From: the human T2T-CHM13v2.0 reference genome, Homo sapiens
Assembly: GCF_009914755.1 (NCBI RefSeq)
Contig: NC_060947.1
Strand: one strand, 5' to 3'
DNA length: 64,000 nt
The notes beneath the pieces are model-generated. The model was given only the letters and a program-made list of their open reading frames with translations, did no database searches and was not told the origin of the DNA. This document shows positions 1 to 23,000 of the stretch, in pieces (position 1 is the first letter of the stretch; each line of letters opens with the position of its first letter). Both the position numbers and the translations under genes were made by a program.

Positions 1-2241
1 AAATACTTCTTTCAGAGCCTCAGCTTTAGTAAAATTACAAGACATTTTTCCCTCATTGAATAGAAAGCTAGAAATTTTAGATCAATATCACCAAATTAGT
101 TTGTTAAATTGATGCCATGAGTGGTGACCTCCTATCGCTGAAAAAGAGATGCATGTGAACAGAGAGATGCTAATGAACTCTTAACCCTGTGGGTACCATC
201 CTGATGCTATCCAGTGGAAGCCCTACTGCCTTGTTTTCCTTTTTTTTCTCTCTTCCCCACCATCCTCCACCCACTACACCCATAATTTTCCAGCTGTCAA
301 GGTAGTCAAACATTTTCTTTATTTTCTATCACTGAAATGCTTCACACTGCCACAGTGGCCAATTTTATTTTCCTTTTGAGGTGAAGGTAGTATGTTACAA
401 TCAGAACAGACCTCTGAAATAGGGTTTGCAGAAGAAGAAAATTAACGTGGAGTTGACCAGAGCTTATTGTTTGATGTGCCTTCAGGAAATGTCCAAATTC
501 ACTGGGATAATTTCCAGATGTCTGTTGTAAAATGCTTCCATAGGAAATAGGCGAGACTGTGGGAAACATCTGGTTTTTGTCTCTGTTTAAGTTAATTAAT
601 TATGGTCTGCTATTTTTCCCCCTACAGGTCATCTGAGTGCAGTTCAGAGTTGTAGCTACTCTGGACTTTCTGTATCTGTCAACTTAATCACCATGTCATA
701 GACGGTTTGTTGCATATTAGCTGCAGAATGAGCCAGAGGGTTTCGTTTACTGGAACTGGGTGAAGCATGTTTTATGGCATGAGGTTTTGCTTCTTTGAAG
801 GAAACCTGGAGAAATGTCAGTAGCCGGAATCCTAAATATCCTAGACACTCACACCCCAGTAGACTAGTTCCTCATCATCCTGTGTGCTTTTTAGTTCCCT
901 TATTACTCTAAGACTAAAGTGGATTCAAACCCAAACTATATAAAGTAATACGACTAATCCTGGAACAACAGGGCAGTTCTTACACATCCAAATGAGTCTT
1001 GCCCTCTTTGATGCGGTTGTCTTGAGGGGCTTAACACTGAAAGGAGTTCAGTATACATTCAGGACTCCTTTTAGAATCACTTTCAGAGATAGTGACATAC
1101 TCTCTTGAATGAGCTTTATTATCACAAGTCTTAATCTCTTGAAGACATGTGAGATTCTTGAAGAAAATCTTGAAGATTTTCTGAAAAGGTTAAGGCTTAT
1201 TGAGTGTCAAGTGTGTTGCATAAGGTGGATGGATTAGTTGACCATTACTATTTGGGGCTTAAAATGAGGTTTAACTGAAGACATTCATTACTCTTTGCTC
1301 ATAGTAGAGGTGAAATAAGACATCACAGAGGTAGCAAAGAATTTACCCACAACAAATTCTGGTTTAATTCGAGATAAGAAGTTTTAATACAAGAAAATCT
1401 GTCATCGCAATAGAAAGTGTGTTTACCATTCAAACATAATAAATATAATTTTAGACTATTGGATGCTTTCCTCAAATTTTGAAATTAAGGTTATACTGGT
1501 TTCATAAAATGAGTTGGAGAGATTTTCATCTTTTTCTCTTACTTATAATAATTTGAATCCCTGGGTTGCAAACTCAAACTTGGCTATACACTGCAGTCAC
1601 CCAGGTGATTCTAATGTGCAGTCAAGGTTGGGCACCATGGGTTTAAGTCACATTAAAACTATTTGCTCATGAAAATTAAAATAGAGTTCTGCTAGAAAGC
1701 CACATGGGGCCAGTGCACTGTTCATGTTTTCCTCTTCTTTTGAATCAGTTTTGCTAGGAAATGGATGATTTTCAAGGAAATCATAAAATTGGTTCAAAGA
1801 AAGAACCAATAAAATTTGGGTTTATATAAACCCAAATTATCCTTTTTATTTCTTTTCTATTTCCTTAGTTTCAGCTCTTCTCCTTATTTGATGGGTTTTA
1901 TTGTTTTTCTAATTTCCTAAGATGAATGCCATCTTTCGTGAACATCTTTAATAATGAAGGCATTTAAGGCTACACATCTTTTCTGATTTTAGTGTTAACT
2001 AGGCCTTCTATTGCACTTGTAATTTTGCTTTTAATTTTCTCTTTGATATAATACTTATTAAGATGATAATTTTTAATTTCCAAGAATCTTAATTCAAGGA
2101 GCCAGACTTTTTTTCTAATCACATTTTTATGAGACTGTATCCTGTGACATTTTTCTTATTTTGAATTTCTTAAGAGTTCTTTGAAGTCAAGTACGAGACT
2201 GATTCTCATAAAAGTTCCGTGGACATATAAAAAATTAATTA

Positions 2242-2983
2242 CAGTGTTGAGCCTTGAGCAATGCTGGGGTTAGGGGTACCAATTCCCCATACAGTTGAAA
2301 ATCCACATATAATTTTGACTCCCCCAAAACTTAACAACTAATAGCCTACTGTTGACTGGAAGCCTTAGCAATAACATAAACAGTTGATGAGCACATATTT
2401 TGTATGTTATATAATTATAAGCTAGAGAAAAAAATATATTATTAAGAAAATCTTAGGCCAGGTGTAGTAGCTCATGCCTGTAATCCTAGCACCTTGGGAG
2501 GTTGAGGTGGGTGGATCACTTGAGGCCAGGAGATCGAGACCAGCCTGGCCAACATGGCGAAACCCCGTTTCTACTAAAAGTACAAAAATTAGCCAGGCCT
2601 GGTGGCACAGGCCTGTAATCCCAGCTACACTACAGAGGCTGAGGCAGGGATTCGCTTGAGAATCTACAGATAATCTACAGAGAATCGCTTGAGCCTGGGA
2701 GGCAGAGGTTGCAGTGAGCCGAGATTGCATCACTGCACTCCAATGTAGGCGACAGGGCAAGACTCTCTCTCTCAAATATATATATTAAAGAAGAGAAAAT
2801 ATATTTACTACTCAACTCATTAAGTGGAAGTGGATCATCACCAAGGTTTTTATCTTCATGTTGAGTAGGCTGAGGAGGAGGAAGAGGCGGGATTGGTCTT
2901 GCTGTCTAGGGGTGGCAGAGGGAGAAGAGCCACATATAAGTGGACCCATGCAGTTCAAAGCTGTGTTGTTTAAGGGTCAGCTG
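2242..2983 (-). mobile_element. Tigger2a/MER28-like DNA transposon interrupted by an Alu (~2456-2775, +)
   Basis: TA-flanked CAGT...CTG termini; AATAGCCTACTGTTGACTGGAAGCCTT and GCAGTTCAAA...TGTTGTTTAAGGGTCAGCTG match the recalled consensus. Confidence 0.7.
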
Positions 2984-3023
2984 TATTCTCTTATTTGTAA
3001 TACACAAAGTTCTTCATATATTA

Positions 3024-3775
<752 letters not shown>

Positions 3776-3799
3776 AGCAGTAATTCAATCTGAATAACA

Positions 3800-6500
<2,701 letters not shown>

Positions 6501-6832
6501 TTTCAAGGATGTGGAAGACATCTTCCTACACTTTTTCTAGTAGGATCCAACATTTCAGCTCCCCCTGCCTCCAAACCAAGATCACACACATGCTGAGGCA
6601 GAGCCACCCCCTTAATCAAGTGTCCACCATCCCCTCAGGCCTAGTTCTTCCATGTTTTCACCCCAGGGCTCCCTGCCGCTGCTCCTCTAGCCCCCTTCAG
6701 ACCTGGACATCCCAACAGAGTCTATAGCCTTCAACAGTCCTCAGGTTCCTCTAGCTTACTCACCCTAGACAGCTGAAGGCTGGTGGAAGAGTAACAGAGA
6801 TCAGAGATGCAGAATCCTTCCCCCTTTCTTTG

Positions 6833-8666
<1,834 letters not shown>

Positions 8667-9632
8667 GAAGGTAACCTTTTTGAAGGAGGACATGCATTTT
8701 TATATATGAGTAGTTAAATTTGTCTCTGTGTAATATATTTTTAAAACATTTGAATTTGTCTTATTATGCAGTAGAAGCCATGCAGTAGGGAAATAGCCAT
8801 CTCCCTATCAAACATGACATCGAGAAAATGTAGGCATGTTACATGTGTTTGTTTTGTCTTAGAGTTTTATAGTATAGTACTAAATGAATTAATAGCTATT
8901 TTAAAGACCAGGCCTTTGTTCTGATCTCTGCTGCTTTTCATGCTAACACTGTGTTTAAAAGTATTTTTTCATACTCAAGAGTGATATTAAAAATACTTAA
9001 AAACTGATATGGCCCGGTCAGTGATCACTGAGAATATACCCGGGCTCTGCACACCTGGTGTAGTTGCTCGCTGGCAGTACATCCGAGCTGCTCAGTCACA
9101 TCACATAGCACTCTTCACTTGCCTGAGTACTTTCATTTCCATTCTCCCAGGTGATCTGGGGAGGGATGTAGTGCCATCCCCATTTTGCAAATTGGGGGAA
9201 TCACAGCCCCAAGGAGCTGACCATAGGGCCCCTTAGAATAAAGGATTTCTGGCTCGTAGTTTGGTGGTCTTCCTTGGGTAGAAGTTTCCCTCTTTTCAGA
9301 AGAGAAGGAAGAGGTCAGAATAGCCATGTTTGATAGGACAAATATCAGCTCCTTTCAGAGGAAACTCATAGTAGGTGGTGGGTAGAATTAGCACCGTCCC
9401 ATCCTCCCTGGAATCTTCCATTCCCAAGCAGATTTGTCACTTTCAGGGCCTTTGCAGGAGATGCCTGCCGTGGAAGAGTAAAACTGGCTCAAGCGAGAGA
9501 GCAGATTTTTCCCGGTGGAAGAACCTGACTCAGCCTCTTTTTTCCATATTAACAGGGATGTTATGTACACGGCCTGACTTTAAAAGTATATTCTTTTAAT
9601 TCCTTGTTTTTTCCCTTCTCCTCCTTCCACAG

Positions 9633-9799
9633 AATGGTCTCCCCTCAGAGAGGAACCCGTATGTTTTTAATGGTGACTTTGTAGATCGAGGAAAGAATTC
9701 CATAGAGATCCTAATGATCCTGTGTGTGAGTTTTCTTGTCTACCCCAATGACCTGCACTTGAACAGAGGGAACCACGAAGATTTTATGATGAATCTGAG
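9633..9799 (+). CDS. PPEF1: PPEF1 coding exon A (first in window), PPP phosphatase catalytic domain
   Basis: Pyrimidine tract + CAG acceptor; translates NGLPSERNPYVFNGDFVDRGKNSIEILMILCVSFLVYPNDLHLNRGNHEDFMMNL(R) with the PPP motifs GDxVDRG and RGNHE; donor AG|GTAACC; 167 nt, phase 0-2. Confidence 0.97.
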
Positions 9800-10699
9800 G
9801 TAACCCAGGCCTTTAGATTTTCTCTTTTAAAAGTTTCGCACTCTGGAAAATGCTGCCATATTTAATTCCTAATAGAGATAGAAGTGAGTGTATTGGAAGA
9901 GGGATGAGGGGGATCTCAAGGAGGACTTCAATTCTTACCCCTTTCACCACCCCCATTATTCTGCTGAGTATCAGTTGCCCTGAAACTCCCTTCCTATCTT
10001 TTCTTCCAGTTCTGTCCGTTCTTCTCCCTTCTATTATGTTCTTTCTCTTGCTCCCATGCCCGACCTTCACAGGCTAAATTGTGTGTTGGGTAGGTGTGTG
10101 AGGCCAGGTTTGGAGGTGTGGCAGGTTCTTCGAACAGATTTGGATGCAGTCGTTCTGTTGCTACTCTTGGCTTGCCTCAGATGTTGTCTCAGAAACTAGT
10201 TCCATGTTTTTCACCGATGCGTGTATTGTTTTATGACATGATAATTGCTTCTGGCATTGTTGCTCATAAACATATTTACGAACACAGCATTTCAACTATC
10301 TAACTCACCAGAAACTTGAGGAATAAAGATTGGTTAGATGGTTTAAGAATCTTTGCTGGAAGGCACAGTAGGTGACAAATGTTCCCTTTTCCCTTCTTTT
10401 TTTCTTCTTCTTTTAAAAAATCTCTTGTTTTATGAAAAACAGAAATCAGTTTGCTCTAGGACAGTGGAAGATATGGCATGTCTCATGCTTTTGGTCCTGG
10501 GCTTTTGGGTGCCTTGATCAAAGCTCAGCAACTGATTAGTTTTGTCTTTGGGGCAGTTTTGGCGCCTGGCTTGAGTACAGAGTTTCAATTCTAATTCTCA
10601 AGGTATGGAAGCAAATGCTAAAACTATGAAGGAAAAAAATCCCAGGACTATTATCAGAGGCCCATTATATATAATATAGCTTGATACTTTTATTTAGGC

Positions 10700-12240
<1,541 letters not shown>

Positions 12241-12988
12241 AGGATGGAATTCATCTCAGAAAACAGAACGTTACACTGTAGAAGCCTGATGTGACATGAT
12301 TTCCATGGAAAGCCAGAGTGAGTGTATTGCATTTCATCTTCACAGTGTTGGATATTAAGGGCATGTACTGTTATCCTAAAGCAAGGAAAGGTAACAGAAA
12401 TATTGTCATCATTGAATCTCCCTTCACTACTGCTATTCAGGCATTAAGGTTCCTGACACTTTCTATTAAAACCCTCAATACCATTATGGGACCTGTATCA
12501 GAGAGAGCATAACAAGCCAACTTGTTACCTGCTAGGTAACAAGTTGTTCAGTCTTTTCTTTGTTCAGTCTTTTCTTTTTTCCAATCATTTACTGTATAGG
12601 ATGTCTGAGAAATTCTATCTAAATGAAAAGTCTTCTCTCACACAGCTTCCCCCAGCTACCACAGCATGCTTCTCTGCATACTTGTAGCGTTTACAAAACC
12701 TGTGCCTACCACATATTTCTTAAGTTGTCTTATAATTGTTTCATAGAAATCTATCTTCTTTCCCCAGCTATACTATAAGCTCCTTGAGGGTAGGGATGAT
12801 GTCGTTGGTTGCTTTTATGCTTTCCAATCATGCCTAGCAAGGACTCAGGTAAGTAACACTTCCAACTGAACTCTGGTTTCTTGAGTTCTTGTGATAGATA
12901 CTGAGATGCCAAGGGCTTCCCTTTTTGCATGACTCATGGAAGTAGGCGTTATCAACAATCAAATCATTTAAATCCCATTTTTTTTTAG

Positions 12989-13025
12989 GTATGGCTTCAC
13001 GAAAGAAATTTTGCATAAATATAAG
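12989..13025 (+). CDS. PPEF1: PPEF1 coding exon B (37 nt)
   Basis: TTTTTTTTTAG acceptor; (R)YGFTKEILHKYK carries the PPP 'YGF' motif; donor AAG|GTAAGA; phase 2-0 fits both neighbours. Confidence 0.96.
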
Positions 13026-13311
13026 GTAAGACATGCTTTTTTTTTTTTTTTTAGTATTCACTTTGCTGTTTCTATAGAGAAATTTAAAAAGAGCCAAGAA
13101 AGACCAGATTGATGCTTTAGGAAAGGTAATAGGCCAACTAGTCAGAATGCATGCCAATAAAATACAAGCACAGCAGGAAGCCCTGGCCACAGTAGAGTCT
13201 TATATTTTCTTTCTGGATTAAACCACACTTTTTCATTGTGAGTTTTGTGTAAGTTTTAGCATAGATACATATTTCATTGCTTCAAAGGTACCAAGGATTT
13301 GTTTTACTTAG

Positions 13312-14386
<1,075 letters not shown>

Positions 14387-14521
14387 TGCTAATTGGTTAG
14401 TGACTCCTTGCTGACTTCCTTTGAGTGGCCTGAAAATCATTACTTTTTGTCCATACTTGGGGACTATTCAATAAACTGAACCTGTCAGAAAAACAAAACT
14501 TACTCAAGCTCTTACTTACAG

Positions 14522-14671
14522 CTACATGGAAAAAGAATCTTACAAATCTTGGAAGAATTCTATGCCTGGCTCCCAATCGGTACAATCGTTGACAATGAAA
14601 TCCTGGTCATCCATGGTGGGATATCAGAGACCACAGACTTGAATTTACTCCACCGTGTAGAGAGGAACAAG
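14522..14671 (+). CDS. PPEF1: PPEF1 coding exon C
   Basis: LHGKRILQILEEFYAWLPIGTIVDNEILVIHGGISETTDLNLLHRVERNK with the HGG motif; CAG acceptor, AAG|GTAAGA donor; 150 nt, phase 0-0. Confidence 0.96.
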
Positions 14672-14989
14672 GTAAGAAGTAATGTTGGCATGAATCTTCT
14701 CTCAGGGATTTAGAAGGGAATACATACCTCTTCATTTATTATTTTGAATTGATTTGTGTTTTAGTGGTTGTAACTCTAAAAAGATTATAGATTTTATTAG
14801 AGTATATAAAAGTATAAATTTTAAGAAAAATCTATGACTGCATGATAAAGAACTAAGTGGGTAACTTCTATATATGGAAAAAAATTTTAAATTCATGTTG
14901 AGGGTGGAAAAATGAGGAAATGTTGGCATTTTATGTAGTTTCTAAAAGTGAAAAATCCTGATTTTTAAAATTAAAACCTCAATTCATTC

Positions 14990-15265
14990 ATTTATATTGT
15001 GGTAAAATATACATAACATAAAACTTGCCACTGTAACCATTTTTAAGTGTATAGTTCAGAGGTATTAAGTATATTCACATTGTTGTGCAACCATCACCAT
15101 CACTACCATCTATTTACAGAATTTTCCATCATCCCAGACCGAAACTCTGGACCCATTAAACACTAACTCCCCATTCTCCCCTGTCCCAGCCCCTGGCAAC
15201 CACCAACCACCATTCTACCTTCTGTCTACGAATTTCACCACTCTAGGTACCTTATATAAGTGGAG
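14990..15265 (-). mobile_element. L1MB-type 3' end fragment
   Basis: GTGGTAAAATATACATAACATAAAA...CACATTGTTGTGCAACCATCACC...CCCAGCCCCTGGCAACCACC. Confidence 0.75.
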
Positions 15266-16105
15266 TCACTTATATAAGTGCAGTTTATTTCTGAATTGAT
15301 ACGATTTCCCACATAATACACATCAAATAACTTAGGATACTTTTTTTGGAAATATTTTTTTGAAATGTTTAAATAATCATGTTAAATACAAGCAGAGCAG
15401 GAGCTAGTATGGAACCTCTGAGACAAGTGGCTATGTGGTGACTGTGAAGATCTCACGCCTAGTGAAGGGTTCCTTGGACGGGTCTTGCAGGGTCATTGGA
15501 GTTGTCTTCCTCCTCTACTCAAGCCAAGAGGAAGCCCTCAGGCTAGAGGTGTAGGGGCGCCACATGGGTTGAAGACCAGTAACAGCAGTGGAGCCAGATG
15601 ATGCTATATGGTCCTAGTGGGAAACCTGAACTGTTACCCCTCAGGACTGATCATCAACTTCCAACCAACCTGGACAGGTGGGGTCTAGAGCTGGAATTTA
15701 ATCTGATAGAGACAGAAATGTGACCCCAGTGGCACCTTGACTTCTTGGACCCTTTATACACATGTGAATGAGAATGTCGTTGCTGGTATCCTCCCATCTT
15801 TTTAATTAAAGTTTAATAAGTCTGACCTCCAGACCAGATGAGATCCCCTTTTGTATACTGTCAAGCCCTTTGTACATATCTTTCATCACAGTTACCGAAT
15901 TTAAGTAAGAAATTGTGGTACTGTTTGTTTACTATCTTCCTCTGTTTTTCTAGTCCATTGATAAAACCCCAGCACCTGGGATGTAGTAAGTACTTAATAG
16001 TCACTGACTATCTCTTGAGGGATTTAAGATCAAAGCAGGGTAAACCTAAGACAAAACTGAATAGAAAGTTTTTTACAGCCCTCTCCTGATTCTGTGGTGA
16101 TTTTA

Positions 16106-18958
<2,853 letters not shown>

Positions 18959-19745
18959 TTAAGTGCCTACCACAGAGAATTTGTCTATCACTGAACCACG
19001 GCCACCAGTATAACAGAAGTATTGTTTAATATTGTTTTGTTTAAAGACATGGTGCTACAAAGAAACAAGTATAAAATTACAGTCTCTGCTTGTGTAAGGG
19101 AACAAGAGGGATTCTAGTAATTGATGCCCTATCAGAAAGACGTTTTGTTTTCCAAAGAAACGCAGCAGTTTTGTTGCCAAGATTAGAGAACATCGTCAAT
19201 GGCTGGCAGAGTCAGGCTGAGAACCACAATGCATTTAGGTTGGAAGGGCTTCTGAAGTTTTCAACCTATGTCCCCTTTAAGAACTTTCTTGGACACAGAT
19301 GTACCTTTTCTCTTTTCTTCTGGAAAGCATAACAAAATGCACAGCAGCCACTCTATTAAGAGGTGTTTCTGAACTCCTGAAGATCCTATGGCTAGATAAA
19401 GGCTCAATAAGGAGACTCGTTGCCCCTACCTTGGTATCTTCCATTTTCTGTGTGGATGCCACAGAATGTGTTTAACACCTATAGAGAAACTCCAGTGAAA
19501 CACAGAAACTCTTTCTTTATAGGCAATGTCTGTAATTGGAAAATGTACCAACAATGTAACAGACCCACTTTACAGACATCAGTGGATGAGTGAGATATAG
19601 GAGGTGGACGAGATGCAAAAAGTGACCGTGTGTTTTTCATTGGGTTGTGGCACCACAACATAGAAAGAATCCCACCTGGGACTGAAGTCTCTGTATGTGG
19701 CAGAATAAGCAGAGGGTTGGACTAAAGCATGAATTTGTTTTATAG

Positions 19746-19898
19746 ATGAAATCTGTGCTGATACCACCAACGGAAACAAACAGAGACCATGACACTGACT
19801 CGAAGCACAATAAAGTAGGTGTGACTTTTAATGCACATGGAAGAATCAAAACAAATGGATCTCCTACTGAACACTTAACAGAGCATGAATGGGAACAG
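19746..19898 (+). CDS. PPEF1: PPEF1 coding exon D (polar insertion within the catalytic domain)
   Basis: TAG acceptor; MKSVLIPPTETNRDHDTDSKHNKVGVTFNAHGRIKTNGSPTEHLTEHEWEQ; donor CAG|GTAGGT; 153 nt, phase 0-0. Confidence 0.93.
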
Positions 19899-20029
19899 GT
19901 AGGTAATCAGGGTGTTCACTGCAGTGGCAACAATGACACTAGCGTGCATGTTGTCCCTTACAATATATAGATAAAAAGTGACTTTACCTTTACGAGGAGA
20001 CCACATGATTCTCTTGGAATTCATCACTA

Positions 20030-23000
20030 TATTTTTAACAGCTTTATTGAGATATAATTCACATACCATGTAACTCACCCATTTAAAGTGTATAATTCAA
20101 TGGTTTTTGGTATATTCACAGTGTTGTACAACTAGCACCACAATCTAATTTTAGAACGTTTTCATCATCTGAAAAAGAAACTACATACCTATTAGCATCA
20201 TTCCCCATTCCCTTCTGTAGCCACCCTGTGCCACCTAACAGCCTTAGGCAACCATCAATCTACTATCTGTCTTTACAGATTTGCCTATTCTGAACATGTT
20301 GTAGAAATGGACACATATGTGATGTTTTGTGTCTGGCTTCTTTCACTCAGCACAATGTTCTGGAGGCTCATCCATGTTGTAGCATGTATCAGTACTGAAC
20401 ATCTATTTGTTGCTGAATAATATTCCATTATATGGATATACACATTGTATTTATTCATTCATAAGCTGATGGACGTTTGGGTTGTTTCCACTTTTTGGCT
20501 ACTATGAATAATCCTTCTATGAGCCATCACATACAAGTTTTTCTGTGCATGTATGTTTTTATTTCTCTTAAGTGTGTACCTAGGAGTGGAACTGCTGAGT
20601 CATAAACTAATTCTAAAAAAGTTTAACATTTTAAGAAAGTCCCAAACTGTTTTCCCAAGTGGCTGCACCATTTTACATTTCCAGTAGCAATGGATGAACG
20701 TTCCAATTTCTCCACATCCTCTCTAACACTTGTTATTGTCTATCATTTTGATTATAGCCATCCCAGAGGGCATGAGATGGAATCTCATTGTGGTTTTGAT
20801 TTGCATTTCCCTAATGACTAATGATGTCAAGCATCTTTTCATGTGTTTATTGGATATTTGTAGATCTTCTTTGGAGAATTGTCTATTCAGATCCTTTGCC
20901 CATCTTAAAAACTGAGTTATTTATCTTTTTATTATTGCATTGTAGGAGGTTTTTTGAATATATTCTAAATACAAATCCTTTATCAGGTATATTATTTGCA
21001 AATACCCTCTCCCATTCTGTGGGTTGTCTTTTCCCCTTTCTTGATGGTGTCCTTTGCAGTACAGCAGTTTTTAATTTTGGTGATGCCCAGTCAAAATGAT
21101 ATATTTTTTCTCTTTGGTTGCTCGTGTTTTTGGTGTTGTATCTAAGCTATTGCCTAATCCAAAGTCATAAAGATCTATTACTTTGTTTTCTTCTAAGAGT
21201 TTTATACATTTAGCTCTTAAATTTAGGTGTCTGATCCATTTTGAGTTAATTTTTGTGTGTGGTGGGAGGTGAGATTCCAAATTCTTTCTGTTTTATGTGG
21301 ATATTTAGTTATCCCAGCACCAATTTTTTTTTTCTTTTTTTTGAGACAGAGTCTCGCTCTGTTACCCAGGCTGGAGTGCAGTGACACGATCTCGGCTCAC
21401 TGCAACCTTTGCCTCCTGAGTAGTAGCTTGGATTACAGGCATGCATTACCACGCCTGGCTAATTTTTGTATTTTTAGTAGAGATGAGATTTCACCATGTT
21501 GACCAGGCTGGTCTCAAACTCCTGACCTTAGGTGATCTGCCCGCCTCGGCCTCCCAAACTGCTGGGATTACAGGTGTGAGCCACTGTGCCCGGCCACCAG
21601 CACCATTTCTTAAAAAGACTATACTTTCCTTGTTAAATTTTCTTGACACCCTTATCAAAAAATCAGTTAACCATAATAAAAGGGTTTATTTCTAGACTCT
21701 TAATTATATTTCACAATCTCTATGTTTATCCTTATGTCAGTACTGTACAATTTTGATTACTGTAGCTTTGTGGGAAGTTTTAACATTGGGAAGTGTGAGT
21801 TCTCCAACTTTCTTCTTCTTTTTCCAGATCGTTTTGGCTATTCTGGGCCCCTTGAATTTCCATATGAATTTTAGGATTGATTTGTCAATATCTACCAAAA
21901 AGCAGCTGGGATATTGGTAGGGTTGCCTTGAATCTGTAGGTCAATTTGGGTACTATGGCTGTCTTGAGATGTCTTTCCATTTATTTAGATCTTTAATTTC
22001 AACAATGTTTTTTACCTTTCAGTATACACGTCTTGCTCTTGTTTTGTTAAATTTATTCCTAGGTGTTTTTGATGCTATTGTAAATAGAATTGTTTTCTTA
22101 ATTACATTTTGGATTGTTCATTGCTAGTGTATAGAAATACAACTGACTTTTATATACTGACATTGTGTTGTGAACTTTGATAAACGTATTAGTTCTAATG
22201 GTTTTTAGTGGATTTCTTGAGATTTTCCACCTACAAGATTATGTTATCTGTGAATAATTTTACTTCTTCCTTTCCAATCTGTCTGCCTTTTCTTTTCCTT
22301 TTTTTTCTTTTTGCTTAATTGCCTTGTCTAGAACCTCCAGTACACTGTTGAATAAAAGTGAAGAGAGTAGATGTCTTTGTCTTGTTCATGATACTGGGGA
22401 AAGCATTCAGTCTTTCATCAAGTATGATATTAGCTGTGTATTTGTTTGTAGTGGCCTTTTATTACATTGAGGAAGTTTCTTTCTATGCTTAGTTTATTGA
22501 GTGTTTTTATTGTGAAAGAGTGTTGGATTTTGTCAAATGCTTTTTCTGAATACATTGAAATGATGTGTTCTTTCCCTTTATTCTATTAATACAGTATATT
22601 ATATTGATTGATTTCAGAGATGTTAAACCAACCTGACATTCCTGGGATAAATCCCACTTGGTCATGATGTATAATCCACCTTCTATGTTGCTGGTTTCCA
22701 TTTGGTAATATTTTTTGAGGATTTTTGCATCTATATTCATAAGAGCTATTGGTCTATGGTTTTCTTATGTTGTGATATCTTTGTCTGGTTTTGGTATAAG
22801 TTTGGCCTCATAAGAGGAATTGGAAAGTATTGTCTCCTCTTCTGTGTTTTAGAAAAGTCTGTGAAGGATTGATTTTAATTCTTCAAATGTTTGATAGAAT
22901 CCATCAGTGAAGCCATCAGGGCCTGGGCTTTTCTTTGCAGGAAGTTTTAAAATTACTAATTTCAATATTTTTCCTTGCTATAGTTGTATTCAAGTTTTTT

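Noticed and set aside
12543-12578. Short tandem duplications (TTGTTCAGTCTTTTCT x2; similar at ~1135, ~2660, ~32143)
   Set aside because: Ordinary slippage micro-duplications with no evident function
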